A DNA stretch of 64,000 nt from the human T2T-CHM13v2.0 reference genome, Homo sapiens. Both the position numbers and the translations under genes were made by a program. Below are positions 1 through 13,505 of the stretch, in pieces (within the stretch, counting starts at the first letter, position 1; each line of letters starts with the position of its first letter). The stretch lies in assembly GCF_009914755.1 (NCBI RefSeq), contig NC_060928.1, one strand, 5' to 3'. The notes under the pieces were generated by a model that had not been told where the DNA came from, ran no database searches, and saw only the letters and a list, made by a program, of their open reading frames with translations.

Positions 1-172
1 AAGGAAGGCTGTTGGCTCTACATTCTATATATTCCCCAGTTGTCGCTCAGAATAGTCATGAAGATCCGTGCCTATTCCATGTTCTTTTGGTCTTACAATG
101 ATAGTCATATTAGGCAAAGAGAACACAAAGTCTCTTGAACATTAGCTGCTTGCCTTGAATTTCAGTGTGACG

Positions 173-450
173 CATTCATTCATTCCATTTATTCATTCAA
201 GAAGCAATATTTAGCACTTACTCTGTGTCAGGTACTGTGCTAGGAACTGAGATTCCTACCTCAAGAAACTTCAAGTTTACAGTGGAAGAGACAGGTAATC
301 TTTGTGATCCAAGGTTACTGAAGCAGTGAGATGTGGGCCAGGTGCTCTGGGGAACCTGTGGATGAGCCAAGAATTTCCGATGTTGGGGCTGGGGTGGATA
401 GGAAGGATGCACAGAGCAGAAGATCTTTAGAGTTTGATGCAATACAGTGT
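173..450 (-). mobile_element. L2 LINE 3' fragment
   Basis: cattcattcatt tail followed by 'tatttagcacttactctgtgtcaggtactgtgctagg', typical antisense L2 3' end; boundaries approximate. Confidence 0.65.
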
Positions 451-653
451 CGTGGAGAGGAAACATAGTGTCTTGAAGGAGAGCATAGGTGAGATTGAAT
501 TCTAGCTCCTCTTCTTAACAATTACGTGACCCTCAGGCAAGTTACCTATTTTTTTTTTTTTTGAACTTCAGCTTTTTCATCTGAGAATAGGCAAAGAAGA
601 TAATAAGATAATAATGTCCTAAGACTTCATCATAGTGTCTGGCAACCAATAGA

Positions 654-949
654 TTTTTTTTTTTTTTTGAGACGGAGTCTGGCTCTGTTGCCCAGGCTGG
701 AGTGCAGTGGCGCAATCTCAGTGCACTGCAAGCTCCGCCTCAAGGTTCATGCCATTCTCCTGCCTCAGCTTCCCGAGTAGCTGGGACTACAGGCGCCCAC
801 CACCACACCCGGCTAATTTTTTTGTATTTTTAGTAGAGACGGGGTTTCACCATGTTAGCCAGGATGGTCTTGATCTCCTGACCTCGTGATCCACCTGCCT
901 CGGCCTCCCAAAGTGCTGGGATTACAGGCGTGAGCCACCGTGCCTGGCC
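654..949 (-). mobile_element. Alu, AluY/Sc-like
   Basis: Poly-T then full antisense dimer with gcaagctccgcc, ccattctcc, gttagccaggatgg diagnostics; TSD aaccaatagattttt on both sides. Confidence 0.95.
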
Positions 950-1194
950 AAACCAATAGATTTTTAATTAATTAATTAATTAATGTCCAGTAATAGTTTT
1001 TAAATATGTTAATTAATTAATGTCTGTCTGTTTTCAATCTCTTCCTCTTATTGTTCCTCACATTGTTACTGGAGGCAAATTATTACAATAGAAAGAACAC
1101 TAGAATTGGCTCTGCCACCAGCCTACTGTGTGACTCCAGGGATGCAGAGCTAGTCACACCTCCCTGTAGACCTCCTGTGGGATCTGTGAGGGGA

Positions 1195-1625
1195 AAGATC
1201 TGGGTTGACTTGTTTCCAGTTTTTGGCTATTAAGAGTAATGCAGCTACAAACATTCCCTACAAGTCTTTGTGTGACATATGTTTTCATTTCTCTTGGGTA
1301 TACACCTAGGAGTGGAATTGCTGGGTCGTATGGTAACTCCATGTTTAACCTTCTGAAGGACTTCCAGGCTGTTCTCACATGGCTGTACCATTTTACAATC
1401 TCACCAGCATTGTGTAAGGGTTCTGATTCCTCTCCATCCTCACCAACACTTGTTACTGCCATTTTTTTTTTTATCTGAGCCATCCTAGTGGGTGGAAAGT
1501 GGTATCCACTGCAGTTTTGATTTGCGATCTCCTGGTGACTAATGATGTTGAACGTCTTTTCATGTGCTTTTTGGCTGTTTATCATAGCCTTTGGAGAAAT
1601 GTCTGTTCAAATCCTTTGCCCATTG
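1195..1625 (-). mobile_element. L1M (L1MB-like) ORF2 C-terminal fragment
   Basis: ORF 1154..1585(-) translates as degenerate L1 ORF2 C-terminus (ELPYDPAIPLLGVYPREMKTYV). Confidence 0.9.
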
Positions 1626-1814
1626 TGAGAGTCATTGACTTTGGTATTTGTTGTTTGGACTCTCCTTCTCCTGGCTTGTGGAGATTGCTTTATCCTCTGA
1701 GGTTGCACCGCAGATCCTCTTCTGCAAGTCAATGGGTATGGTTGTGGTGTAGCGGGTTTCAGCAGCAACAGTGGTCTGAGGACCACTAAAAATAAACATA
1801 AGGAGTGTCACTAC

Positions 1815-2105
1815 GTTAGCAGCATAGGCTGTTTTATGCTGAAATAACGTCTCAGTGGCTTAACACATTAAGCCTCATTTCTTCTTCTGCAAAGTCTATG
1901 CTCCAGGCTGCTGCAATCTTAGGGCACGACTCTACTTTCTATGAATGTGAACAATGTGAGGGGACTCAGGGGCTTTTTGATGCCTCAGCCATTATCCAGA
2001 CCCCATCACATGGCCCCATACAATGGGAAGGGATCTGGGAAGTGCAGTCTTCCATGTCCTGGGAAGGGGTGACCTGGTATTAGTGAGCATCAGCAGTGTC
2101 CATCG
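1815..2105. mobile_element. old MaLR LTR (MLT1-like) fragment
   Basis: 'tctcagtggcttaacaca...catttctt' and 'tcacatggcccca...gggatctgggaagtgcagtct' resemble MLT1K/L motifs; diverged. Confidence 0.5.
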
Positions 2106-2604
2106 CAGTCACCGTCTCCCATTTCGTGGCAGGGTCAGTGACTTCTCGTGACAGCCTCATGAAGGTGAAAAAGCAGGGATACTATTAGACACTCTGATAT
2201 TGGAAATCTCCTAGTTGGCTCAGTGGAACTACAAAACTTCACTTAGGGACACTAAGATTCATCTGGAATATTTGCTTCTAATTTGACTATACAGGTTTGG
2301 TACACCTTGGAATGGATTGTCTTTTCTGTCTTTTATATAATAATTCCAGGAAGACGGTGTTTTGAGTTCCTACTGTGTGCCAGTATTGTACTGTGTGCTG
2401 CTTATACAGGATTAATTAGAGCACATCCCTGCTTCTTAGGACTCATACACGTAGCACTGTACAAGAGTGGGGATAAACACATAGACTGACATCTATGCTG
2501 GTGAGTGAAGATTAGTAGCAGGAGGAAAGACTTCTGGGAGCAGAAATGGGGGAATCCTTGGAGCTTTCTCGGGGAGTGGGGAAGAGCATCCCAGGCCATT
2601 CCCT

Positions 2605-3370
2605 TTATTTTTAATTGTGGAAAAATATACATAACCCTTCATATAGATCATTTAAATCATTCATAAGTGTACAATTCAGTAACATTAAATACATTCACAA
2701 TGTCATGTAACCATCACCAATATCTATACCTATTAAATAAGAACTCCCATCCCCTGGCACCCTTTATTCTACTTGCTGCCTTATGGAGTTTCCTATTCTA
2801 GGTACTTCCTATAAGTGGAATCATACAGTATTTGTCCTTCTGTATCTGGCTTATCTCACTCAGCATGCTATTTTCAGAGTCCGTGCTTTTTTTTTTTTCT
2901 TTGAGATAGAGTCTCTCTCTGTCACTCAGGCTGAAGTGCAGTGGCACAATCTTGACTCACTGCAACTTCTGCCTCTCGGGTTCAAGTAATTTTCCTGCCT
3001 CAGCCTCCCACGTAGCTGGGATTACAGACGTGCACCACCACGCCTGGCTAATTTTTGTATTTTTGGTGGAGATGAGGTTTCACCATGTTGGCCAGGCTGG
3101 TCTCGAACTCCTGGCCTCAAGTGATCCCCCTGCCTCAGCCTCCCAAAGTGCTGGGATTACACATGTGAGCCACCGCACCTGGCCTCCACGCATGTTGTAG
3201 CACATATTAAAATTTCATTCCTTTTCAAGGCTGAATAATAAATACTCCATCGTGTGTGTATACCAAATTTTGTTTATCTGTTCATCTGTGGATGGAGCCT
3301 TGAGTTGTTTCCACTTTTTGGCTATGATGCTGCTGTGGACGTGGGTGTGCAGATGTGGGTGTCTGTTCCA
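2605..3370 (-). mobile_element. L1MB-like 3' end interrupted by Alu
   Basis: 'aagtgtacaattcagtaacattaaatacattcacaatgtcatgtaaccatcacc' and 'gtggaatcatacagtatttgtcc'; resumes after the Alu at ~3190. Confidence 0.85.
2887..3184 (-). mobile_element. Alu, AluSx-like
   Basis: Full antisense dimer with T-tail nested in L1MB. Confidence 0.95.
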
Positions 3371-3605
3371 GTGGCACTCACTTTTTTAGGAAAATTTTAC
3401 CTTGAGTTCTGAGATAGCACATATTCATTGTGGATTAGTTAGAAAAATACAGAAAATTAAAATTAAAACAGAAAATCACCGCTTTTGTATTTAGTGATAA
3501 TTTTTACGGTAAAAATATGTTAAATTTATCTCCTTTTTTCTCTTTAAATATTTCAATAAATATATTGACTAGATTTTTAGTATTTATTATTTTTATTATT
3601 TAATT

Positions 3606-3774
3606 TATTGAAATATTTAAATAATTCAATACATATATTGAAATACTTAAATAATTCAATACATATATTGAAAAACTTAAATAATTCAATACATATATTG
3701 AAATACTTAAATAATTCAATACATATATTGAAATACTTAAATAATTCAATACATATATTGAAATATTTAAATAA
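3606..3774. repeat. AT-rich 30-bp tandem repeat, ~5.6 copies
   Basis: Unit acatatattgaaatacttaaataattcaat repeats in exact 30-bp register. Confidence 0.95.
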
Positions 3775-4368
3775 ATGAAATTTGTTAAATAAATAAATAC
3801 ATAAAATATTTCAAATATTTTTAATGACCATAAACAATACTTTTATGGGTGTGTCTTGATTTATTATTTCATTACTTTTAGATAGTTTTGAGATTTATTA
3901 TAAATTACATCGAGATGAACATATCTATATAAATCTTTGTTGATAAATCTGTTATTTACATAAAAATGAAGCTACTACATCAAAGATATGAGCAAATCAA
4001 GTTGCTTATCACAAATGGCCGATTACTTTGTGAGAGTTTTGCCACAGCCTCGCCAGTGTGTGAGTCCCCATGTCCTTAAAGCAGCACAGTAATGCTCTTG
4101 CTCAAAACTGTGCTTCCCATTCCAGGGGTTTTGGCCTCTCTCTGCAGCCCCCACTTGGGGCACCCATTGTGGATGGGTGGAGACTGACTGTTGAGGAGAG
4201 TGTGCCTTGTTTAGTTATATACAAGTGGCTCTCAAGCCTTTGTTCTGCCTCCACCTCCTCCACGTGGTTACACACTCATCACCAGTGAGTCTCATTTCTT
4301 GCAGAAGTCTTCACTTTGGAGAGAGGTATATATGAGCAGTTTCTGGTAATCATTTGAGAATCACTGAT

Positions 4369-4790
4369 TGTGCTAGCCAGAGAAAGAGAACCAATAAGAT
4401 GCAGTAAGATGTGTGTACACACACACAGGTACACGTGCACGCGCGCGCGCACACACACACACACAGGTACACATGCACACACACACACACACACACAGAG
4501 AGCAGGCCAGGTTGGAGACCCAGGGAAGAGTGGGTGCTGCAGATCCAATCCAAAGGCAGTTGGCTAGCAGAGTTCCCTCTTCCTTGGAGGAAGTCAGTCT
4601 TTTTCTCTTAAGGCCTTTGATTGGACGAGGGTCACCCATATCATGGAAGGTAATTTGCTTTATTCACAGTCTACTGGCTAAGTGTTAATGTCATCTGAAA
4701 GAGTCACAGAGACATCTAGACATCTAGGTGTCAGATCAAATATGTGGGTACCGTGACCTAGCCAAGTTGGCAATAAAATTAACCATCACA
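4369..4790 (-). mobile_element. MLT2 (ERVL) solo LTR
   Basis: TG...CA termini; end aaaattaaccatcaca is reverse complement of MLT2 start TGTGATGGTTAATTTT; 5-bp TSD ctgat at 4364-4368 and 4791-4795. Confidence 0.9.
4410..4497. repeat. compound (CA)n/(CG)n microsatellite inside MLT2
   Basis: Alternating purine-pyrimidine tracts including cgcgcgcgcgc. Confidence 0.95.
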
Positions 4791-5464
4791 CTGATCCGAA
4801 AAGTTTGGGTGCCACTGACTTTAACGTTCTCCTGCATATAGGCAAGAATTAAAACACACACACAACAAAAGTTTATTTTTACTCTGAACCACTTGAGGGC
4901 ACCATGAACGAGGGAAATGGAAAGTTGTGGCTCATCCGCTGTTCCTTTTAGAACAACCAGCATTAGTACTACAGGAAACCTGAGGGGATTTCTCCATGCG
5001 AGTCCCTAATTTTGCAGTTGAGAAAGTTACTGTGACTGTGTGCAAGTCTACAGGGCAAAGTAATAGAGTGAGTGAATGAGGCCAGAACGCGAACTGTGTC
5101 CTCTTGACTTTGCATTTCATGTTCTTTTTCGGACATTCTGATAATTTCTATTAATTAATAATGGAAAGAATTTGAAATATATGTGAGTTGTTTTGGTTCC
5201 CATAAGTTACATATGGTGATGTGGCACCTAATGTTGTGCAGATTGCATGAGTAAAGAATCCATTTAACTTTTAAACATCAATTATGAAATGATAAACTTT
5301 CGGATTTACAAATATTGTTGATACTGAGTCTGTAGCGAGTTTTGGCCAACGCTCTAAGGGTTTTGTTTGTTCTTCCTTTTGTAAAATGTTGCCTTCGAGT
5401 AACACAAAGGCCTGTGGTCTGTGAACACTCAGCGTGCAAGGATTTCTTTGTTTTTCATGGACTC

Positions 5465-5495
5465 TGTGTGTGTGTGCGCGTGTGTGTGTGTGTGT
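5465..5495. repeat. (TG)n microsatellite with CG interruption
   Basis: tgtgtgtgtgtgcgcgtgtgtgtgtgtgtgt. Confidence 0.9.
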
Positions 5496-5837
5496 TGGTT
5501 GTGGGGGCAAGAACTAGGGGAAAAGGGATGCCAAAAAATGTAAGCATGTAGTTTTTCTCCGCTTTGTTGTGAAAACAAAATTGATAATGTAACTTTTGGA
5601 ATCAAGTCTTTTGTATTTAGATTGGAACGTTCTAATACCTTATTGTTACAAATAGACAATGTGTCTGAAAAGCTGAATTTTTGAGAGTGGATGGATTATT
5701 TAAAATAATGATTCTTAACCCATTTGTACAATTCTGTGTTCTGTTACAAATGTCTTTTCTTTGTCCATGTAACAGTCAATTCCTGTTCTCTGAAGGAGGA
5801 ATTCTCTCGGTAATTTCTGAGCCCTTCTTTAGGTGGT

Positions 5838-5856
5838 TGGCCACCAGGGGGCAAGC
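5838..5856 (+). promoter_or_regulatory. CTCF core motif (predicted)
   Basis: TGGCCACCAGGGGGCAAGC; first 15 nt equal the CTCF consensus TGGCCACCAGGGGGC(GCTA); lies outside recognisable repeats. Confidence 0.65.
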
Positions 5857-6248
5857 GAAGAATGGCAGAAGCCATCTGACGTAGCCCCTTCATCACTGCA
5901 GATAAACTGGTGATGCTTTCCTGACACACTTAATGGCAACCAGAGGTTTTCTGCACGTTTGTGTTTGTGTGTAAGTGTGTGGGGTGAGTGTGTGGCAGTG
6001 GTTATTTGCTGTATTTTGACTGCATAAAATTGCCATGCTTTCCCCTCGGTCTCCTAGAAATCCTTGTAGGATAATTATAACACAAGAAACAGATTTGATG
6101 GAAATTCTCATAATTCTCATACTCTGAAGCTTAGCTCATATGCATATTTCAGACTTGCCAGAGCCCCTCTTCAGTGGCTTGAGACTTGGTCTTAATCTTT
6201 TTGTCTGACTACAAAAAAAGTTCAGTGATGTGGTTAGTGTGTTCTTAG

Positions 6249-6590
<342 letters not shown>

Positions 6591-6606
6591 CAGTTTTCAT
6601 CGTAGT

Positions 6607-6608
6607 AT

Positions 6609-6647
<39 letters not shown>

Positions 6648-6938
6648 TAGACAGGTTCTAGCTGTGTGGCTCAGGCTTGAGTATGGGGTGTGATCATAGC
6701 TTACTGGAGACTTAGCTTCCTGGGTAGCTAGTACTATAGGTGCATGCCACCACACCAGGCTAGTACTGTAGGTGCATGCCACCATACCAGGCTAATTATT
6801 ATTACTATTTTTTATTTTTAGAGAGACAGGAACTTGCACTGTTACCCAGGCTGGTCTTATATTCCTGACCTCAAAAGATGCTCCCTCCTCGGCCTCCCAA
6901 AGTTCTGGGATTACAGGCTTGAGCCACTGTGCCACGCC
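6607..6938 (-). mobile_element. AluJ with (TTTA)n tail and internal rearrangement
   Basis: (TTTA)n 6607-6648; TSD cgtagtatt; 32-bp internal tandem duplication. Confidence 0.9.
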
Positions 6939-8293
6939 GTAGTATTATGAAATCATCAGAACCCTTGGTAGCATGCGATTTCTTCCTCCATCTCTTGTGC
7001 TCAGCCTGCTTCTTATTTTAAAATGAGGTTCATTTGTAAGTTGCCTTGCTCACTATTTTTGAACATTTAAAACAACTTTTTAGAATAGGTAAGAAGTTGA
7101 GAAAATAGAGACAGAAAAAAATACACAGCTTATTAAGGCATTCCAAAATACATGCCAGATGATTATACAGAGCAACTCTTATTTTAGGAATTTCTTATTG
7201 GATGAATGATGAAATCAAATACTAAGTTGGCTTTGCATAATCAAGATATTGGAAAATAGTGGGTAAGGTAAATGCTTATGGTGGGAATTTAATTTTCCCA
7301 TAGAGTCATACAATTTGAAAGAGTCATTTATATGGGAAAAAAAAACTTGACTGTGGAATTATTAATACCAGCCTTACTTTCAGCAAGGGCTGTGTCCTTG
7401 CCAGTGTGTGGCTTAAGTAATGAATTTCCTCATATAATCCCTGTAAGAAAAGTTAGATGGATAATGAAGCCACTTGATCCTTTCATGCTCATTGCCACAT
7501 ATATTCATTAAAATATCACACAGGTAATTCCTCATTTCCCTAGTAGCTCTTACCACCTTTCCAGATTTGAGTGTTGAAGAGACCAGTCTTCTTACTGGCT
7601 GCCCCAGGCATTCAGCAAAACTCAGTCTTTGTAGGAATGTCTTAGATCTGCTTTTTTAGATGGAACCTAGTCTATATCAGTTTACTAGTTCCATACGACG
7701 TGGCTAAACTCATTTTTCAGATGCTTTGAATGGAGTATAGAAGACTATTGCTTTACTAAAAAAGCAAACATGAAAACTTCAAGCCTCACAGTCAGCTCCT
7801 ATCAATTTCCCTTTAATTACCTCCTCAAGTACCTGTTAATGGCTCATTAGTTATAAAAATAAATTATAGGTACTCTGCCACCCTGTTTGTAGTTTCTTTA
7901 GTTTTTGATTTCGCTAACCCCAGGAAAATGGATGTGTGGCAATAATACAGGAATGTGAATCAAATTGCTCTGTAATTTTATATATTTAATAAAGTATACA
8001 GCAGGGCCGTGTGCACATGGGGTTAAGCTGTGGTGGAGGAAAGCGCTCTGTGAGAAAACTGAAGTCCTCATACACCATGTTGGCTGCCTATGTTTCATTT
8101 CACGACATAGTGCTCAGCAAATAGGGCTGATTGGTTTTCAGTCCGGTTTTGTGTGGTTTTAGGTTCATAATGGTTCCTTTTCATATATGGCCTTTGAAAC
8201 TTGCTTGACACTGCAGTCATCTCTCATAGATAAAATAGGTCACAGTGAGTTTTAAATTCTTTTTTTTTTTTGTTGAAATAAAAATGTTATTCA

Positions 8294-8612
8294 GGCCGGG
8301 TGTGGTGGCTCACGCCTGTGATCCCAGCACTTTGGGAGGCCAAGGCGGGTGGATCACAAGGTCAGGAGTTCAAGACCAGCCTAGCCAAGATGGCGAAACC
8401 CCATCTCTACTAAAAAATACAAAAATCAGCCAAGCATGGTGGCAGGTGCCTGTAATCCCAGCTACTCGGGAGACTGAGGCAGAGAATTGCTTGAACCCAG
8501 GAGGCAGAGGTTGCAGCGAGCCAAGATCGCGCCACTGTACTCCACCCTGAGAGACAGAGCGAGACTCCATCTCAAAAAAAAAAAAAAAAGAAAAAGAAAA
8601 AGAAAAAGAAAA
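8294..8612 (+). mobile_element. Alu, AluSg-like
   Basis: ggccgggtgtggtggctcacgcc start; A/(GAAAAA)n tail; TSD-like aaaatgtt. Confidence 0.95.
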
Positions 8613-8901
8613 ATGTTTTTAAAATAAAATTGCAGGTGGTATCCCAATCTGCAAGGATAAAAGCAGAATGACTCTTTTTGGGAGGAGGGAGAAGAATCTC
8701 AGAACCTTGGCCACACAGTTCACACAGAGACGTCACCCTGACCCGTAGGACTCCGCAGAACTCAGTGTGAAAAACACCAAAATAGAAGATGAAATCATTT
8801 TTATGCTTAAGTACTAAATATTTCCACTCAATTTTTAGACTTGTTCAGCCACAAATGTAGACAGAAACATTGTGTACCTTCCTGGGCACTGAACTTTAGA
8901 T

Positions 8902-9135
8902 CAGGAGTTGGCAAACTTTTTCCACAGAGGGCTAGATAGTGTATGCTTTCGACTGTGGGGCCATATGGTCTCTGTCACCACTACTCAGCTCTGCTGCCGT
9001 GGCACAAAAGCAGCCAGGGACATTATGGAAATCGCATGAGCGTGGCTGTGTTCCAGTAAAGCTCTGTGCATGCCAAAATTTGGATTCCATATAATTTTCA
9101 CATATGATGAAATATTGTTTTGATTTTTTCTGATT
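8902..9135 (+). mobile_element. MER58B-like hAT-Charlie DNA transposon
   Basis: caggagttggcaaactttt terminus, ggccatatggtctctgtc..actactcagctctgc, ggctgtgttccagtaaa, atataattttcac motifs. Confidence 0.8.
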
Positions 9136-11189
9136 TTAGCAAAAAGATACTCTCGGCTCTTTTTCTTCTTTGAGTTTTAGTTATTATAAAGGTAATACCA
9201 TGAAAGAACATTTCAAAAGGATGAGAAACTCATCTTTAATTCCATAATCCATGTTCTTTTCTTCATACGTCACTGTATCTTATAATAATTGTAATTATAG
9301 TTGACCCACAGTTCTGTACTTTTGCTTTTACTTACTTAATTTTTTATACGTAAATCATAGTTTATGTAGTGTAGGTGTAAAATTCTGAAAATAAATTATG
9401 TTTACTTTTCTTTAATGTTACTTATTTAATTGCATCTACTCCCAGTGTTCTTCTACCCAATCCGAATTTCTAATCTTTTTAAAAGCAATCTAATAATTGT
9501 TTCTTAAAAAAACAAAATTATTATTCAATTTGGTGAATTTGTATTTGTTGGTATTCTGGAATATAAATCTCTGAAAAAGGGACACCCCATTGCAAGTAGA
9601 TATGAGGATGGCAGTCATTTTCTTCCTCCAACCCTTAACACTGTCTTGGAGAGTTCCCATGTTCCGGTTGAATATTTTGGTACTGAAAAATGTCTTCAGG
9701 AAAGCAACAATTGTTTTCCTAGAAAAAAAACCTGAGAACTCATTTCTCTCTTTAGGTTGCCTGACATTTGTAGCTGAGTGAAACCATGGTGAGCATTGAT
9801 TTATTTTACTATAAAATTATCAGTTTTACTCACTCAAACAATCCTTTTATATTAAAAATATTTTAAAAATAAAAGCAGGGTATTGTTTTGCTTTACTAAA
9901 TGGAGTCACCTCTTTTTCTCTTACTTTTGACAATTTGGTTGTCAAATTGTGTGAATTGTGAAAAAATAGCCCTGAGTACAGAGAATTTTTACCTCAGGGA
10001 TATCAAAAAAGTCATGTTAGTAATAAAATAAGCCATTGATTGTGTTAAAACTCAAGGTGGGTCATTTAATTGCAGTTATTAAAAAGTTCTTTCATTATTT
10101 ACCTCTGGGAGAGACTGTAGGTAGGACTGTAAGATTATTAATGAAAATGCGTGTAGATTGGTTTAAATGATTCAGCTTCATCTCACCAAGGAGTTAGCAT
10201 GTTCATTCATTTTACAAAAGTGTATTGAGCACCTCGCCTACTATGTCTTGAGTAATTTGTTAGACATACAAAGTTGACTAAAACATGGACTCTGACCCCA
10301 AGGCTAAAATGTTATTTCACATGTGCACAGTGCTTTACAGATTACAAATGACATCATTACGTCCTCATAAGAATCTCATGAAGCAGATGTTGGTTCCATT
10401 TCATTCATGATGAAACTAAAACATAGAAAACATAATAGTCTCCCCAAGGCTGCCTGTAGCACAGTTCCTTAGATTCCCAATCAGGTGACCTTTCCAAACT
10501 GTAGAGATGGCTCTATAATAGTTTAAAAAGGAGAGATAAGAAATGTCCACCATAGGTAAATACAAAATAGACAGTAATACGTACAATCACAGAAGTTCAG
10601 CTAAAGTGGTACAGGAGTCCAGAAGACGGAGAGATGGCTTCTGGGTAGGGGATGGATAAAGGGCATAAGGACTAGGGATAGGGATGGATGGACTGTGCAC
10701 TTTCAGGGCAGGGGAAGATCATTCCATCCAGAGCCGGAAAAACTTCAGAAAAGCTTAAGCCAGGTGGGATATGGCATGGGAAGAATGGAAATAGGAACAG
10801 TCAGTGGTTCAATTTACCTTGAAGATAGAATATATCACATGGAATTATTAGAGATGAGGACAAAAAGATGGAAAAGAAACACATCTTCCAGGTCTTTGAT
10901 GCCAGGCCATAAAGCTTGAATTTTTTTTTGCTGGAAGTGGAGAGCCATCTGAGGCTTCTAAGCAGAAGTGTGCTAATCTGGCAGCAGTTTTGAACAAGGG
11001 AGTTGCAAACTCACATACCTGTAAAGGCCATGAAGATAATAGAGAAGTGATGTGGAGAGGATACAGCAAAAAGAGAAGTATTCTCCAGGGGACCATCCAC
11101 CATTCAATGCTTTGGGAATGCAATCTCTCATTCTGCTGCAGATTTACAGTTCTCCTCTGCATATGTGCTTTATTAAGTTACATCTTTAT

Positions 11190-13290
11190 ACGATGTGTTC
11201 CCATTGACATAGATTTGTAACTTTTATGTGGTTATGTTTTAAATCTTACAGAAAAAAGGAGTTAATAGTCAAATATACTTTAATACTGACTTTTATATGT
11301 ACTTATGTAGTGTACTTATAATATGTACTTAACAGTGTTCTTTATTTCTTCGTGCATATTGAATTATTGTCTAGTATTTTTTCATTTCAACCTGAAGGAT
11401 TTTTTGTAGGGCAGGTTTACTAGTGACAAACCCTCTTGAGTTTTTGTCTATCTTGGAATGCCTTAATTTCTTCTTCAATTTTGAAGGATAGTTTGCTGAA
11501 TATAAAATTCTTAATGGACAGTTTGTTTTCTTTCAGCACTTTGCATGTCATCCTATTGCCTTCTGGCCTCCGTGGCTTCTGATGAGAAATTAACTGTTAA
11601 TCTTACTGTGTATACCTTGTGACAAGGCTGTTTTCTCTTGCTGCTTCCAGGATTCTCTTTTTGTATTTCGACAGTTACATTATAATGTATCTTGTTTTGG
11701 ACTTGTGTGAATTTATCATGCTTGGAGTTTGTTGAGTTTGTTGAATGTGTAGATTCATGCTTGGCCATTATTGCTTCAAATATTCTTTTGCCCTTTTTCT
11801 CTCTCCTCTCTTTGTGGAACATCACGTTGGTGTGCTTGATGGTGTTCCACAGGCCTCTTTGGTTCTGTTTATTTTTCTTCATGTTTTAATTTTTGTTCTT
11901 CAGATTGGGTAATCTCGATTGACCTATCTTCAAGTTTGCTGATTCTTTCTTCTGTCTCTTTAAATCTGCTATTGAACACTGAAGTTTGCTTATGGTACTT
12001 TTCAACTCCAGAATTTCTTTATGGTTTCTTTTTATAATTTCTGCGTGTTTATTGATATTCTCTATTTTGTGAGACATCATTCTCATGATTTCCTTTAGTT
12101 GCTTGTATATTTTTTTCTTAAAGCATTTCAACATATTTAAAATAGTCAATTTAAAATCTTTGCCTAGTAAGTTCAATAGCTTCCTCAGAGACAGTTTCTA
12201 TTCATATCTTTTCTTTTTTTCCTGTGCGTGGGTCATACTTTCTTGCATGCCTTGTAATTTTTTTTTTGAAACTGGGTTTTGAATATTGTAATGTGATAAC
12301 TCGGGTAGTCAGATTCTTTCTGATTCTCAGGACTTGTTGCACCTGCTTATTGTGGTTGCTGTTTCTTTGTTTAGTGACTTTTAGAAACTAATTTTGTTAA
12401 GTTCTGCCTTCTTTGTCATGTATGTCCATGGAAGCTTATGTTTGGTTAGCTTAGCAATTTGACAAAGATTCCCTCAAACATCTGGAACAAAAACAGAAAA
12501 AAGAATCAGAGAGCCAGTGTGCTGTGTGTATTAGGTTATGCCTTCAACCCTCAGCCATACAATTCCCAACTCTGCCTTAGCCTTCACTTCCTGCTTGTGC
12601 AGAGCCTGAAAGTCAGGCAGAAGTGAGAGCTCAGTGCCATCTCAGGTCTATTCTGAGCATATGCCCTACCTTTAGCATGTATATGGGCTTCTAGAATCCC
12701 AGGATTACATGGGAACTTTTCAAAGTCCTTATATGGAAAAGTATGTAACTCCCTAGCCTTTCCTTTTAGGTTTTTTTGCTATCTGTTGTTTGCCCCAATT
12801 TGTATTTCTTTGCCCCAGGTGTCAGCAACTAAGTCATGTGTTTTTAATGAGTGACAAATGTTTATTGGGTAGTCACTTCACCACCCAGGGAAAGTTCTGA
12901 ATTAGCAAAAATAATTCAGAACATATTGCCTTTTCTATCAGTCCTTCAGAGCCACCAGACAGGTTAAAAGAAACACAATTATTGGAAAGCAAGATCTGCT
13001 CTCCTTCCAGCACTAGGAACCATCACCAAGAAAGTGGGTTGCTGTCTTCAAGACCACAATCGAACTGGATAGGAGGATCCTGGGGCCAGGGTAGGTTAAA
13101 ATGCCATAAATCTCCCCTACTGAAATTCAGCTGCCTTTTTCTTATGTGTTCACCTGGCCGCTGTAAACCTGTGACCAGTTCCAGAGTTCAGATTAAGTTG
13201 ATTTTGACAGTTTTTGTCCATTTATTAGCTGTTTCTGTACAGGAACAGGCCCTTGGAATTCCCTATTCCACGATTTTCGCTGATGTCACT
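11190..13290 (-). mobile_element. old L1M 5'UTR/ORF1 fragment (~2.1 kb)
   Basis: ORFs 11553..11882 and 11886..12176(-) resemble L1 ORF1p (RLTVNFSSEATEARRQ; coiled-coil EILELKSTISKL); frame-disrupted. Confidence 0.88.
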
Positions 13291-13505
13291 TTGTGCACAT
13301 GTGCCTTACAAATAGTGTGTATATAAAAGAAAACATGTGTGAGCTAAGTGCAGGATGCTACCTTATTACCTTTGGTATAAAGAGAACTAGAGAGGAGAGA
13401 GGTTGAAGGAGAAGAAATGAGTAGGAAATGGAGGGATATTGACTGGCCCAGCTTCAGGCACCAAAACATAATACAGTCTTCCTAGAAAGTTATGCAGTTC
13501 AGGTA

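Noticed and set aside
1154-1585. 143-aa ORF as a host gene
   Set aside because: Degenerate L1 ORF2 C-terminus
11553-12176. Two lysine-rich ORFs as coding exons
   Set aside because: Broken L1 ORF1 remnants
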